DNA of 64,000 nt, from the NCBI GenBank assembly GCA_044450345.1, contig JBIOIY010000002.1, forward strand, positions 1 through 64,000. The letters run 5' to 3'. The stretch comes from Thermodesulfovibrionales bacterium. GTDB lineage: Bacteria > Nitrospirota > Thermodesulfovibrionia > Thermodesulfovibrionales > UBA6898. The translations under genes were made by a program, and so were the position numbers. Of the stretch, positions 7,631 through 18,086 are shown in pieces; the first letter of the stretch is position 1, and every line of letters starts with the position of its first letter. Under the pieces are notes generated by a model. The model was not told the origin of the DNA. It saw nothing but the letters and a program-made list of their open reading frames with translations, and did no database searches.

Positions 7631-10628
7631 GGGCTGGCTCCTTTTTATCTTTATTCTCGGTTATCTGAGCCTTCTCTTCCTTGTCGCATATTATGCCGAC
7701 AGGAGGGAGAAGGCCGGAAGGAGCATAGTATCCAACCCATATGTCTATGCGCTCTCAATGGCCGTATATTGCACTTCGTGGACCTTTTACGGGAGCGTCG
7801 GCAAGGCGGCCACGTCCGGTTTGTCCTTCCTCACTATTTATCTTGGGCCTACGCTGATGGCCTCTTTATGGCTGGTCGTCCTGAGAAAGATCATTATCAT
7901 AGCGAAGGAGAACAGGATCACTACTATTTCCGATTTCGTCGGGTCCCGCTACGGCAATTCCATCTTCCTGTCGGCACTTGTCGCGATTGTTGCCGTGGTG
8001 GGAATCACCCCTTATCTCGGGCTCCAGATCAAGGCCATTATGAAGACCTTTACCATTCTCGCCGGGGAGACGAAAGGGAGTGCCGTGGCGGGATGGTTCA
8101 TAACGCTGATCCTCGGCATCTTCGCCATCATCTTCGGGGCGAGGAGGCTCGATTCATCGGAGAGGCATGAAGGTCTGATCTTTGCAATTGCATTTGAATC
8201 CATTGTCAAACTCCTCGCCTTCCTGCTGGTCGGGGTCTTCGTTACGTACGGCATGTTCGATGGGTTCTCCGACATCTTCACGAGGATAAAAGACTCGGAA
8301 TACAGTGAACTGCTTTATCTCGGCACGTCCGTCAGCTATAAGGAATGGGCCTCGCTGCTCTTTCTTTCCATGATGGCGATCATGTTTCTGCCGCGGCAGT
8401 TCCATGTTGCCGTAGTAGAGAACTCCGATGTCTCGCATGTTTCGAAGGCGATGTGGCTGTTTCCTCTCTATCTCTTCCTTATTAATATTTTCGTGATCCC
8501 TGTTGCCTTCGGCGGCCTTCTTCTCGGTGGAAGTCAGGCGAACGCGGACAATTTCGTGCTTTCTATCCCCCTCGGGCAGAATGCGTCCCTCCTTGCGCTG
8601 ATTGTTTTTATAGGGGGTTTTTCTGCCGCAACGGGCATGGTGATTGTCGAATCCCTGGCTTTGAGCACTATGGTGATGAACAATCTGGTAATGCCTGGGA
8701 TATACAGGTTCAACACGATGAAAGGATTCCCTGTAATCATACTGAACCTGAAGAGGGTTATAATCCTTGTCTGCGTTTTTTTAGGCTATTTTTTCGCGGT
8801 TTCGGTTGGTGAATTCTATAGTCTTGTCGATATAGGCCTGAAGTCTTTCGAGGCCGTGACCATATTTGCCCCGGCGATGATACTCGGGCTTTTCTGGAAG
8901 AGAGGAAACAAGAAAGGGGCCTCAGCCGGGATCATCGCTGGTTTCACCGTATGGTTCTATACCCTTTTGATGCCTGCGCTCTTAAAATCAGGCGTCATTA
9001 CCGAAAAAGGCCTGTTCGGCTATTTGCTTCATTCCGAGATGCTTAACCCCCATGCGCTCTTTGGGGTGAAAGGTTTAGATAAGTGGAGCCACTCACTCTT
9101 CTGGGGCCTTTTCTTTAACATACTTTTTTACATCGGGTTTTCTATTTTTACGCGGCAGAATGAAGAGGAGCAGAAACAGTCTCTACTGTTCGTTGAGTTC
9201 TATTCCCCGAAGATGCTTCCTTCAAAAGGCAATTACAGTATCCAGCAGATCACCGATGTCCTCGGGCAGTACATCGGAAGAAGAGAGTCGAGAGAGATCG
9301 TAGACAATTTCATCATGCGAAACCGTATACGACGGGAATCCATCTCCATGGAGGAACTCATCAAACTGAAGGACGAGGCCGAGAGGATCTTATCAGGGGC
9401 CCTCGGCTCGGCGATATCGACAATTATCTTCGAGGATAAGTTGACCCTCACGGAGAGTGAGAGGGGGGAACTTTCGAACTCGATAAAGCAGATGACCGAG
9501 ACGCTGAGATTGTCCAGACAGGAACTTGCCGAGGCAAACAGGAACCTGGCTTACCTCAAGGAGTTCAGCGAAAACATCATCGAGAGCGCTCCGTTGGGAA
9601 TCGTTACCATTGATTCTGCATTGATGGTGAGGTATTGGAACAAAGAAATCGGCAGTATCACGGGGATAAGGAAGGGGGAAGCCTTCAACCGGCCGGTGAC
9701 TGAACTTATGCCTTGGGTCTCGAAGGAAGTTTTTATGCAGAACGAACAGAGAGAGATGACCGTGCAAACGCCTTCCCTGCAGACGTTCAAGATAAATATC
9801 AGCCCCTTCAAGGACCCTTCGGGAGGGTTTGTCGTCATCTTGGAAGACATTACGGAAAAAAAGAAGATGGAGGAACAGCTCCTGCAGGCGTCAAAGCTTG
9901 CGAGCATCGGGAAATTGACCGCCGGCATCTCCCATGAAATCGGCAATCCTCTTGCGTCGATATCCTCGCTTGTCCAGGAGATCAGGTCCCTAAAGACGAG
10001 GACATTCGGTAACGCTCTTTACGAAGGCGCGGGGACGGAATCGAATGATGAGCGGGCAGGAGCGGCCGCTGAAGACAGCCGGTTTTTTGAAGAGTCGCTT
10101 AAAACAATCAACAACCACATCGAACGAATCGCCAAGATAGTGCGCAGTCTGAGCGATTTTGCAAGGACATCGTCGCGCGAAAAGATCATATCAAACATTT
10201 CCGAGATCCTGGACAGGACAGTCAATCTTGTGAGATACGACAAGAGGTTTAAGAACATCCGTCTTGTCTCCAACATCGAGCCTATACCGGCTTTGAGGAT
10301 AAACCCAGATCGTGTGCAGCAGGTATTTCTGAACCTTATGCTCAATTCGATCGACGCCATGCCGGAGGGAGGCGAACTCACCGTCTCTATGAAACAGAAA
10401 AGGGACTCTGTCGAAATTGTCTTTAGCGACACCGGTGTTGGTATCGACGAGGTGATCATGGACAGGATATTCGATCCCTTCTTTACCACTAAGCCCTTCG
10501 GTAAAGGTACGGGCCTGGGGCTGAGTATATGCTATGGTATAATCAGCGAGCATAACGGGGCTATTTCCGTAAAGAGCAAAAAGGGCGAGGGAACTACCTT
10601 TGCGATCAATCTGCCGGTCGAGGAATGA
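7623..10628 (+). CDS. Sodium:solute symporter (SLC5)-STAC-PAS-histidine kinase fusion (CbrA/CrbS family)
   Basis: SSS domain (YCTSWTFYGSVG, FLPRQFHV), STAC-like segment (AERILSGALGS), PAS domain, H-box ISHEIGNP, N/G1/F/G2 boxes. Confidence 0.9.
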   Translation: MFKGWLLFIFILGYLSLLFLVAYYADRREKAGRSIVSNPYVYALSMAVYCTSWTFYGSVGKAATSGLSFLTIYLGPTLMASLWLVVLRKIIIIAKENRITTISDFVGSRYGNSIFLSALVAIVAVVGITPYLGLQIKAIMKTFTILAGETKGSAVAGWFITLILGIFAIIFGARRLDSSERHEGLIFAIAFESIVKLLAFLLVGVFVTYGMFDGFSDIFTRIKDSEYSELLYLGTSVSYKEWASLLFLSMMAIMFLPRQFHVAVVENSDVSHVSKAMWLFPLYLFLINIFVIPVAFGGLLLGGSQANADNFVLSIPLGQNASLLALIVFIGGFSAATGMVIVESLALSTMVMNNLVMPGIYRFNTMKGFPVIILNLKRVIILVCVFLGYFFAVSVGEFYSLVDIGLKSFEAVTIFAPAMILGLFWKRGNKKGASAGIIAGFTVWFYTLLMPALLKSGVITEKGLFGYLLHSEMLNPHALFGVKGLDKWSHSLFWGLFFNILFYIGFSIFTRQNEEEQKQSLLFVEFYSPKMLPSKGNYSIQQITDVLGQYIGRRESREIVDNFIMRNRIRRESISMEELIKLKDEAERILSGALGSAISTIIFEDKLTLTESERGELSNSIKQMTETLRLSRQELAEANRNLAYLKEFSENIIESAPLGIVTIDSALMVRYWNKEIGSITGIRKGEAFNRPVTELMPWVSKEVFMQNEQREMTVQTPSLQTFKINISPFKDPSGGFVVILEDITEKKKMEEQLLQASKLASIGKLTAGISHEIGNPLASISSLVQEIRSLKTRTFGNALYEGAGTESNDERAGAAAEDSRFFEESLKTINNHIERIAKIVRSLSDFARTSSREKIISNISEILDRTVNLVRYDKRFKNIRLVSNIEPIPALRINPDRVQQVFLNLMLNSIDAMPEGGELTVSMKQKRDSVEIVFSDTGVGIDEVIMDRIFDPFFTTKPFGKGTGLGLSICYGIISEHNGAISVKSKKGEGTTFAINLPVEE

Positions 10629-10713
10629 TAAATTTTCGAACGCTAAGTTCTCATTATTAGGGGACGTGCGCGGATATAGTAGAGATCCGGGATGGAATAC
10701 ATAAGGAGTCAGA

Positions 10714-12060
10714 ATGTCTGAAAGACTGCTCATCGTTGAAGATGAAGAGACACTGCGGGAGTCCCTGAAGCGGGTCTTCCTCCGGGAGGGGTATGAGGCG
10801 GATGTGGCAGACAGCTCGGAGACTGCGCTGAAGATAATGGATGACAGGCTCTATGACTTGATAATTACCGACATAATCCTGCCCGGTATGAACGGTATCG
10901 AGCTTATCAAAAAGTGCAAGGAACAGAACTCCGAGCAGATAGTAATCATTGTTACTGCTTATGCTTCGCTGGAGACGGCGGTGGAGGCGCTGCGGGCCGG
11001 CGCTTACGATTATATCGTAAAACCCATAATCCACGAAGAGATCAAAAGGATAGTCAGGAACGCCCTCCGTGAAAGGTCCCTGAGGACTGAAAACACTATT
11101 CTCAAGAAGCAGATCGAGGAGCGGTATGACTTTGAGAAAATTGTAGGAGAGAGCAGGGTTGTGACTGATTTGATCGGCGAGATAAAAAAGATCGCCGACG
11201 TCAGGAGTAATGTGCTTCTGCTCGGGGAAACAGGCACCGGCAAGGAGTTGTTTGCGAGGGCGATACATTTCAACGGATCGAGGAGGGACAAACCCTTCGT
11301 ACCGATAAACTGCAGCGCGATCCCGGAAAACCTCCTCGAATCCGAGCTCTTCGGCTATGTCAGAGGGGCTTTTACAGGGGCGGTCAGTTCGAAGAGGGGA
11401 CTCTTCGAAGAGGCCGACGGCGGGACCGTATTTCTTGACGAAATAGGCGACCTCAATCATTCCTTGCAGGCAAAGTTGCTTAGGGTGATAGACGACCACG
11501 AGATAAGGCCCCTTGGGGGCGTGCAGGCCAAAAAGGCTGACATTAGATTTATCACTGCTACAAACAAAGATATAGGCAAGGCGGTCAAGGAGGGCACGTT
11601 CAGGGAAGACCTCTTCTTCAGGATCAATGTCGTGACGCTTAAAATGCCTCCTTTAAGAGAGCGCAAGGAAGACATCGTTATTCTTGCGAGGTATTTTCTT
11701 GACAGATACGCCAATGAAATAGGCAAAAATGTGAAGTTTATCGACGACGCTACCCTCAAGCTACTGACAGGGTACTACTGGCCTGGCAATGTGAGAGAAT
11801 TGCAGAACATAATTGAGCGGGCGGTGCTCATTACCGACGGCAATACGATCTTTCCTGAGCACCTGCCTGAGGGTATGAAGGGGGTCTCCACATTCTCTTC
11901 GGAATCAGTCGAAAAGGCGCTCTCGATTGAGGATTATACTAAAGAATTCATATTGAGGTACCAGCATAGCTATGGAGAACAAAAACTTTCGAATTTGCTT
12001 GGAATAACGAGAAAGTCTTTGTGGGAGAAGAGAAAAAAGTGGGGAATTGCCAGGAAATAA
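10714..12060 (+). CDS. Sigma54-dependent NtrC-family response regulator
   Basis: REC domain, GETGTGKE Walker A, GAFTGA, WPGNVREL, C-terminal HTH. Confidence 0.95.
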   Translation: MSERLLIVEDEETLRESLKRVFLREGYEADVADSSETALKIMDDRLYDLIITDIILPGMNGIELIKKCKEQNSEQIVIIVTAYASLETAVEALRAGAYDYIVKPIIHEEIKRIVRNALRERSLRTENTILKKQIEERYDFEKIVGESRVVTDLIGEIKKIADVRSNVLLLGETGTGKELFARAIHFNGSRRDKPFVPINCSAIPENLLESELFGYVRGAFTGAVSSKRGLFEEADGGTVFLDEIGDLNHSLQAKLLRVIDDHEIRPLGGVQAKKADIRFITATNKDIGKAVKEGTFREDLFFRINVVTLKMPPLRERKEDIVILARYFLDRYANEIGKNVKFIDDATLKLLTGYYWPGNVRELQNIIERAVLITDGNTIFPEHLPEGMKGVSTFSSESVEKALSIEDYTKEFILRYQHSYGEQKLSNLLGITRKSLWEKRKKWGIARK

Positions 12061-12064
12061 AGAT

Positions 12065-12181
12065 ATGTTACTGAATTATACGTTTATTTAGATAGATGTT
12101 ACTTTTAGTAATAACATATAACTAATTGAAAATAAAAAAGATATTATGTTAATTTTAACGCTAGGTAACATTAAGTAACAT
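12065..12181. promoter_or_regulatory. Candidate enhancer sites (TGTTAC/GTAACA repeats) plus IHF-like site
   Basis: ATGTTACT at 12065 and 12096; GGTAACAT at 12164; AGTAACAT at 12174; TAACTAATTGAAA at 12119-12131 resembles the IHF consensus; AT-rich region. Confidence 0.55.
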
Positions 12182-12298
12182 AACTGTTTTATTTTAAATC
12201 TCAAGCTTTACTTTGCCTCCGACAAATAGCTTTAACTCCCCCTTTTAACATCCTTACATTAAAGAATAATTTCTTTTTCTTCGGCTAAAGATGACCTC

Positions 12299-12314
12299 AG
12301 GCATATCGATTGCA
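12299..12314 (+). promoter_or_regulatory. Sigma54 -24/-12 promoter
   Basis: AGGCATATCGATTGCA = GG-N10-GC with TTGCA, downstream of a sigma54 activator gene. Confidence 0.7.
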
Positions 12315-12326
12315 CATATTTATATA

Positions 12327-14231
12327 GTGGTAATTACCGAAGATGTCATAGAATTTTTGAAGAATGTACCGCCGTTTCAATTTCTTGACGAGAAAGCCTT
12401 GCGAGACATTGCGGCAAACATTTCGATGGAATTTAACCCGACGGGGACAACGATTCTTCACCAGGACGGGCCCCCGAGTGAGTACCTCCGGATTATTAAA
12501 AAAGGAGGGGTGAAAGTCTTCATAAAGCCTGACAAGGGGGAGGAGGTCCTGATCGATTACAGGAGTGAGGGCGACTCCTTTGGGCTGTTGTCCCTGGTCA
12601 GCGGCGACAAATCCCGGGCAACCGTAATCGCTATAGAGGATACCACTTGTTACCTGATGAGCAAGGCAGAGATCTTAAAGCTGGTAGATTCCAACGTTGC
12701 ATTCACTGAATTTTTCTTAAAGTCCTTTTTGAACAAATTCATCGATAAGACATATCAGGAAATGCATAATAAGAGCCTTCTTTATGGTGGGGGTGACAAG
12801 CTCCTCTTTACGACTTCTGTGGGGGAAGTCGCCACAAAGAAGGTCATGACCGCGCCTCAGGAGATCACGATAAAAGAGGCCGCGGAGATGATGTCCCAAA
12901 ACAGGAATAGTTCCCTCGTGCTCGTCGACGGCGAAGGGGTCCCCACCGGCATCGTGACCGACAGGGACCTCAGGGACAAGGTGGTATCCAAGGGCAGGCC
13001 GGTGACAGACGGAATAAGCAATATCATGAGCGTCTCCCTCATAAAATCAGATGCGCGTGATTACTGTTTTGAGGCGCTGCTCAAAATGATACGGTACAAC
13101 GTACACCATCTGCTTGTTGTGGACGAGGGGAGGCTGAGGGGGATTGTGACGAACCACGACCTTATGATGCTTCAGGGGAATTCTCCGATCTCGCTCGCAC
13201 GGGACATAGAGAGTCAGCAGACGATCGAGGGCCTTGTTCCAGCTGCCAAGAAGACGAACGAGATCATAGGCCTTCTGCTTAAGGAGGGGGCGAGGGCGAC
13301 CAACATTTCGCGGATCATTACCGAGATTAACGACAGACTCCTCAGAAAGATACTCGAGATCGCTGAAATGGAGTTCGGCAGGCCGCCTCTTCGGTACTGC
13401 TGGATCGCTTACGGAAGCGAAGGCCGGAAGGAGCAGACCTTCAGGACGGACCAGGACAACGCGATCATTTATGAAGACCCACTGACTGATGGTGAAGAGG
13501 CCGAGGCCAGGACGTATTTCACTGTTTTTTCGACCTACGTCCGGGACAGCCTCTTAAAATGCGGTTTTCCACGCTGCCCGTCCAACTACATGGCGAGCAA
13601 CCCGGAATGGCGCCAGCCCCTGAAGGTATGGAAGAAATATTTCTCGACATGGGTGTATACCCCGACGCCTGACGCGGTCCTGAAGTCCCTTATATTTTTT
13701 GATTTCAGGCCCATATATGGTGATTTCAGCCTTGCCGAATCTCTTAGGGACTCACTCAAGTCTCTTCTTGATGGTCAGATGATATTTCTCGGATACATGG
13801 CCAACATGATAATAAAAAATACACCGCCTGTCGGATTCTTTAAGTCCTTTATCGTTGAAAAAGGCGGGGAGCATAAGGACGAGTTGAACCTGAAAGTCAA
13901 GGGTATCGCGCCTCTTGTAGATATGGCGAGACTCTTCAGTCTTGAAAAGGGCATCAAGGAAACTTCGACTATCGAGAGGCTTTCGTCGTTGAGAGAAAAA
14001 CATACGATTGTAAACGAATTCGCGGATGAGATCGAACACGCCTTTGAGTTCATCATGCTCCTCAGGATACAGCATCAGTTCGAGCAGATCGAGTCCGGGA
14101 AGGAGCCGAATAATTTTATCAACCCGAATAGACTTAGTAACCTCGAGAAAAAGACGATGAAGGAATCTTTCAATCTCATAGCGAGGTTGCAGGACATCAT
14201 TATAGAGCGGTATAAGCCGCTCATCTGGTGA
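12327..14231 (+). CDS. cNMP-binding / CBS pair / DUF294 nucleotidyltransferase-like signal protein
   Basis: FLKNVPPF cNMP start, CBS pair (GIVTDRDLR), NTase motif GSEGRKEQTFRTDQD, FFDFR. GTG 12327 preferred because ATG 12291 lies upstream of the sigma54 promoter. Confidence 0.9.
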   Translation: MVITEDVIEFLKNVPPFQFLDEKALRDIAANISMEFNPTGTTILHQDGPPSEYLRIIKKGGVKVFIKPDKGEEVLIDYRSEGDSFGLLSLVSGDKSRATVIAIEDTTCYLMSKAEILKLVDSNVAFTEFFLKSFLNKFIDKTYQEMHNKSLLYGGGDKLLFTTSVGEVATKKVMTAPQEITIKEAAEMMSQNRNSSLVLVDGEGVPTGIVTDRDLRDKVVSKGRPVTDGISNIMSVSLIKSDARDYCFEALLKMIRYNVHHLLVVDEGRLRGIVTNHDLMMLQGNSPISLARDIESQQTIEGLVPAAKKTNEIIGLLLKEGARATNISRIITEINDRLLRKILEIAEMEFGRPPLRYCWIAYGSEGRKEQTFRTDQDNAIIYEDPLTDGEEAEARTYFTVFSTYVRDSLLKCGFPRCPSNYMASNPEWRQPLKVWKKYFSTWVYTPTPDAVLKSLIFFDFRPIYGDFSLAESLRDSLKSLLDGQMIFLGYMANMIIKNTPPVGFFKSFIVEKGGEHKDELNLKVKGIAPLVDMARLFSLEKGIKETSTIERLSSLREKHTIVNEFADEIEHAFEFIMLLRIQHQFEQIESGKEPNNFINPNRLSNLEKKTMKESFNLIARLQDIIIERYKPLIW

Positions 14232-14552
14232 GAGGACGGGCAGATGGGTTTTCTGAAGGCGAAAAGCGCAAAGGATTTGGTGAGACTAACGAAGGATTTG
14301 AAAGGAGGTGATGAGGGAAGGTTTCGGTATGAATATTTTGCAGTGTTTTGGGGCGCGATTGAGAATGTTTCACCGATAAGCGGCGAGAACCATGCGAAAG
14401 AGGTTACGGGAAGAGCGCATGAACTCTGCGGTGGAAAGGTTTTTCGATTCCTCGTGCCGGCGGGTCGTCATTAAGTGTGGTCCGTCTCCGGAGTTAAAGA
14501 GAGCAGGCAGAAGGAAAAGAAGTCACGATAACATTCTGTAAGGAGGATAAAA

Positions 14553-15866
14553 ATGACAGCACAAGAAGAAAAAGTTCCGGGCAAGGCATGGGTCGTTGTC
14601 TTTGCCGGCACCGCGATCAATCTTTGTCTGGGTATTTTGTATGCCTGGAGCGTCTGGGCAAAGGCGTTGATCTCGCCTGATGTAAAACTGGCAGGGAGTC
14701 CACTGACCGGGCTTAACGAGGGTTGGATATCTCTTACTAACGCGCAGGCAGCAACACCGTTTTCTCTCTGCGTCATTGTTTTCGCGTTGTTCATGATACC
14801 CGGCGGACGTATCCAGGACAAATTCGGTCCCAAAGTCGGCGCTACCCTCGGCGGGTTGTGCCTTGCTGCCGGTTGCATACTCTCTGGTCTAATGAAAAGC
14901 TATACTGGGCTTATCATCGGGTTCGGGCTTCTGGGTGGAATCGGCATGGGTATCGGGTATGCCGCTCCGACTCCGGCTGCCCTGAAATGGTTCGGTCCTC
15001 ACAAGCGCGGGCTTGTTGCCGGCCTGGTCGTGGGAGGGTACGGAGGCGCGGCGCTTTATATATCACCGCTCGCTAAATACCTTATAGACAATTACGGGAT
15101 TTCCGGCAGTTTCATTTCATTGGGCATTTTCTTTGCCGTTGTCGTCATTATAGCAGGGCAATTACTCTCCTGGCCGCCTACCGGCTATGTGCCTCCCGCC
15201 GGGGGCGTGGCTGCAGCTGCCCAAGCGAAGAAGCAGACGACACATAACTGGACCGCCGGGGAAATGACCAAGACATGGCAGTTCTATGCGCTGGTCGTCC
15301 TGTTCATCGGTTCGGTGCAGTCCGGCCTTCTCATCATTGCAAACGCAGCGGGCATACTGGCGACAACTGCCAAAGGCATACCTTTCCTTCTTGCGAATGC
15401 CTGGATACTCGCCTCTTTCGGCGGCGCGATCAATGCCCTGGGAAGAGTAGGGACCGGTATGTATTCGGATAAATTAGGCAGAGCGAATGCATATACAGTC
15501 AACTGTGTTGTTTCGGCCCTCTGTCTCTTTGCGATGCCGAGCATTATCGCATCCAAGAGTGTCTTTCTTCTGTTCCTGGCGGTAGGTATTGCATACTGGC
15601 AGTATGGCGGCGGACTTGCGCTGCTCCCGGCCATGACTGCAGATTTCTACGGTTCGAAGAACCTCGGCATGAATTACGGGCTGGTGTTTCTGGGATGGGG
15701 GCTCGGCTTTTTCATGGCAAGACTGGGCGGCACCATTAAAGACGTTACCGGCAGTCTTGACTATGCATTCTATATGTCGGGTGCAGTGCTGATAATCGCG
15801 GTCATTCTTGTCAAGCTTACTTCAAGACCCATCTGGAAGTCGACGGAATTGTCACCTGGAACTTAA
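14553..15866 (+). CDS. OFA (oxalate/formate antiporter-like) family MFS transporter
   Basis: GILYAWSV, GRIQDKFGP, KWFGPHKRGL and FYGSKNLGMNYG motifs; 12-TM pattern; AAGGAGG SD. Confidence 0.9.
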   Translation: MTAQEEKVPGKAWVVVFAGTAINLCLGILYAWSVWAKALISPDVKLAGSPLTGLNEGWISLTNAQAATPFSLCVIVFALFMIPGGRIQDKFGPKVGATLGGLCLAAGCILSGLMKSYTGLIIGFGLLGGIGMGIGYAAPTPAALKWFGPHKRGLVAGLVVGGYGGAALYISPLAKYLIDNYGISGSFISLGIFFAVVVIIAGQLLSWPPTGYVPPAGGVAAAAQAKKQTTHNWTAGEMTKTWQFYALVVLFIGSVQSGLLIIANAAGILATTAKGIPFLLANAWILASFGGAINALGRVGTGMYSDKLGRANAYTVNCVVSALCLFAMPSIIASKSVFLLFLAVGIAYWQYGGGLALLPAMTADFYGSKNLGMNYGLVFLGWGLGFFMARLGGTIKDVTGSLDYAFYMSGAVLIIAVILVKLTSRPIWKSTELSPGT

Positions 15867-15914
15867 AAATTACTCATATGAGTAAAATACAAATCTGATG
15901 GAGGAAGAATTACA

Positions 15915-17990
15915 ATGGCAGAGATTAAGAAAAAAGAGAAAGACCTCATGAAAGAGGGTGTAGAAACATCCGAAGCCGAGATTGCGGTGCATTGGGGGGA
16001 AGAGCAATTCTACTATCCTTCCACAAAATTCATTGCCCAGGCGAACATGACTGATGAGACGGTTTATGACCGGTTCAGTCTGGAGAACTTTCCAAACTGT
16101 TTCAAGGAGTATGCAGACCTTTTGACATGGTATAAGTATTGGGATGAAATACTCGATACCAGCGATGCCCCTTGCTTTAAGTGGTTCAAAGGCGGGTTGA
16201 TCAATGCAAGTTACAACTGTGTTGACAGACATCTTGCAAAGAATAAAAACAAAACAGCGATCCACTTCGTACCGGAGCTTGAGACTGATAAGGTGGAGCA
16301 TGTCACCTACCAGGAGCTGTATGTGAGGGTGAATGAGTTTGCGGCAATCCTCAGGGATTACTGCGGTCTGAAGGCAGGAGACCGGGTAACGCTCCATATG
16401 CCGATGGTGGCTGAACTCGCTGTCACCATGCTCGCCTGCGCGCGGCTCGGCATTATACACTCCCAGGTCTTCGGCGGGTTCAGCGGTAAGGCCTGCGCTG
16501 ACAGGATAGTTGACTCAGGGAGCGAATACCTGATAACGATGGACGGGTATTTCAGGGCCGGGAAGATGCAGGATCACAAGGAAAAAGCTGATATTGCAGT
16601 TGAACAGGCAGCAATAGATGGACAGAAGATCAAGAAGGTCCTGATATGGCAGCGTTACCCCGGCAAATATTCTGCTAAGACCCCGATGGTAGAGGGTCGC
16701 GATTTCATTATCAACGACCTGCTGAAAAATTATTATGGCGTAAGGGTTGACCCTGTCCCGATGCCTGCCGAAGCGCCGCTCTTCCTTATGTACACCAGCG
16801 GCACCACCGGAAAGCCCAAGGGAGCACAGCACAGCACCGGCGGCTATCTTGCGTATGTGACCGGGACATCGAAATACATTCAGGACATTCATCCTGAAGA
16901 CGTATACTGGTGTATGGCCGACATCGGCTGGATCACAGGTCATTCTTACATTGTATACGGTCCGTTGGCACTATGTGCATCCAGTGTTATTTTCGAAGGC
17001 GTCCCAACATATCCGGATGCAGGAAGAGCGTGGAGGATTGCCCAGGACCTGGATGTTAACATCTTTCATACCGCACCTACCACTATCAGAGCGCTCAGAA
17101 AGGTCGGTCCCGACGAGCCCGCAAAATACAATTACCACTTCAAACATATGACAACCGTCGGTGAGCCGATTGAGCCTGAAGTTTGGAGGTGGTATTACAA
17201 CGACGTTGGTAAAAAAGAGGCGGCCATTGTTGATACATGGTGGCAGACTGAAAACGGCGGTTTCCTATGCAGCACAATCCCTGCGCTTAGACCCATGAAG
17301 CCCGGCAGTGCCGGCCCCGGCGTACCGGGTATCCATCCGATTATTTATGACAACGACGGGAACGTAGTCCCGAAGGGGTCCGGCAAGGCAGGCAACATCT
17401 GCATACAGAACCCGTGGCCCGGCATGTTCCAGACCATCTGGGGAGACCGCGACCGTTTTGTCAAGGTCTATTTTGAAAGATACTGCAAAGACCCGAAGAG
17501 CAAGAGGTGGCAGGATTGGCCGTATCTTACCGGTGATGCTGCGGTTATGGCTGCCGACGGCTATGTCCGTATCCTCGGCAGAATCGACGATGTCATCAAT
17601 GTTTCCGGTCACAGACTCGGTACCAAGGAAATAGAATCCGCCGCGCTGACCCACCCGGATGTTGCGGAAGCGGCTGTTGTGCCGGTTAAACATGAAATCA
17701 AAGGCAAGGAGCCGGATCTGTATGTTGCCCTGAAACCCGGCAAGAAGGCAAGCGACGAACTCGCAAAAGCAATATCACAGTGTATAGTCAAGGAAATCGG
17801 CGCGATCGCAAGGCCGAGGAAAGTCTGGATTGTGTCTGATATGCCCAAAACCCGTTCGGGAAAGATCATGCGTCGCGTACTTGGTGCTATTTCCAACGGC
17901 ACGGATGTAGGCGATGTTATGACATTGGCAAATCCTGAGATTGTCGAGGCGATCACGAAAATGGTAGCTGAAAGCCCGGTCGAGTTTTAG
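15915..17990 (+). CDS. acs: Acetate--CoA ligase (acetyl-CoA synthetase)
   Basis: YTSGTTGKPKG, ADIGWITGHSY, DTWWQTE and PKTRSGKIMRR motifs. Confidence 0.95.
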   Translation: MAEIKKKEKDLMKEGVETSEAEIAVHWGEEQFYYPSTKFIAQANMTDETVYDRFSLENFPNCFKEYADLLTWYKYWDEILDTSDAPCFKWFKGGLINASYNCVDRHLAKNKNKTAIHFVPELETDKVEHVTYQELYVRVNEFAAILRDYCGLKAGDRVTLHMPMVAELAVTMLACARLGIIHSQVFGGFSGKACADRIVDSGSEYLITMDGYFRAGKMQDHKEKADIAVEQAAIDGQKIKKVLIWQRYPGKYSAKTPMVEGRDFIINDLLKNYYGVRVDPVPMPAEAPLFLMYTSGTTGKPKGAQHSTGGYLAYVTGTSKYIQDIHPEDVYWCMADIGWITGHSYIVYGPLALCASSVIFEGVPTYPDAGRAWRIAQDLDVNIFHTAPTTIRALRKVGPDEPAKYNYHFKHMTTVGEPIEPEVWRWYYNDVGKKEAAIVDTWWQTENGGFLCSTIPALRPMKPGSAGPGVPGIHPIIYDNDGNVVPKGSGKAGNICIQNPWPGMFQTIWGDRDRFVKVYFERYCKDPKSKRWQDWPYLTGDAAVMAADGYVRILGRIDDVINVSGHRLGTKEIESAALTHPDVAEAAVVPVKHEIKGKEPDLYVALKPGKKASDELAKAISQCIVKEIGAIARPRKVWIVSDMPKTRSGKIMRRVLGAISNGTDVGDVMTLANPEIVEAITKMVAESPVEF

Positions 17991-18086
17991 TTCAGGTGGA
18001 GGAACTGGACACTTCGTTACCGACCCTTCGGTGGTCGCTAATCTCGTGAAGGAGAGATTGTAAGGTTTTTTCAGGACGCATCTATG

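Noticed and set aside
14244..14474. 76-aa ORF between the DUF294 gene and the OFA transporter, plus a stray AAAGGAGGTGA
   Set aside because: No recognisable motif. It could be a remnant of a deleted gene, but the sequence does not support a call.
17991..18060. Small hairpins (CGACC..GGTCG, AATCTC..GAGATT) after acs
   Set aside because: Possibly a decayed repeat, but no second copy in the window.
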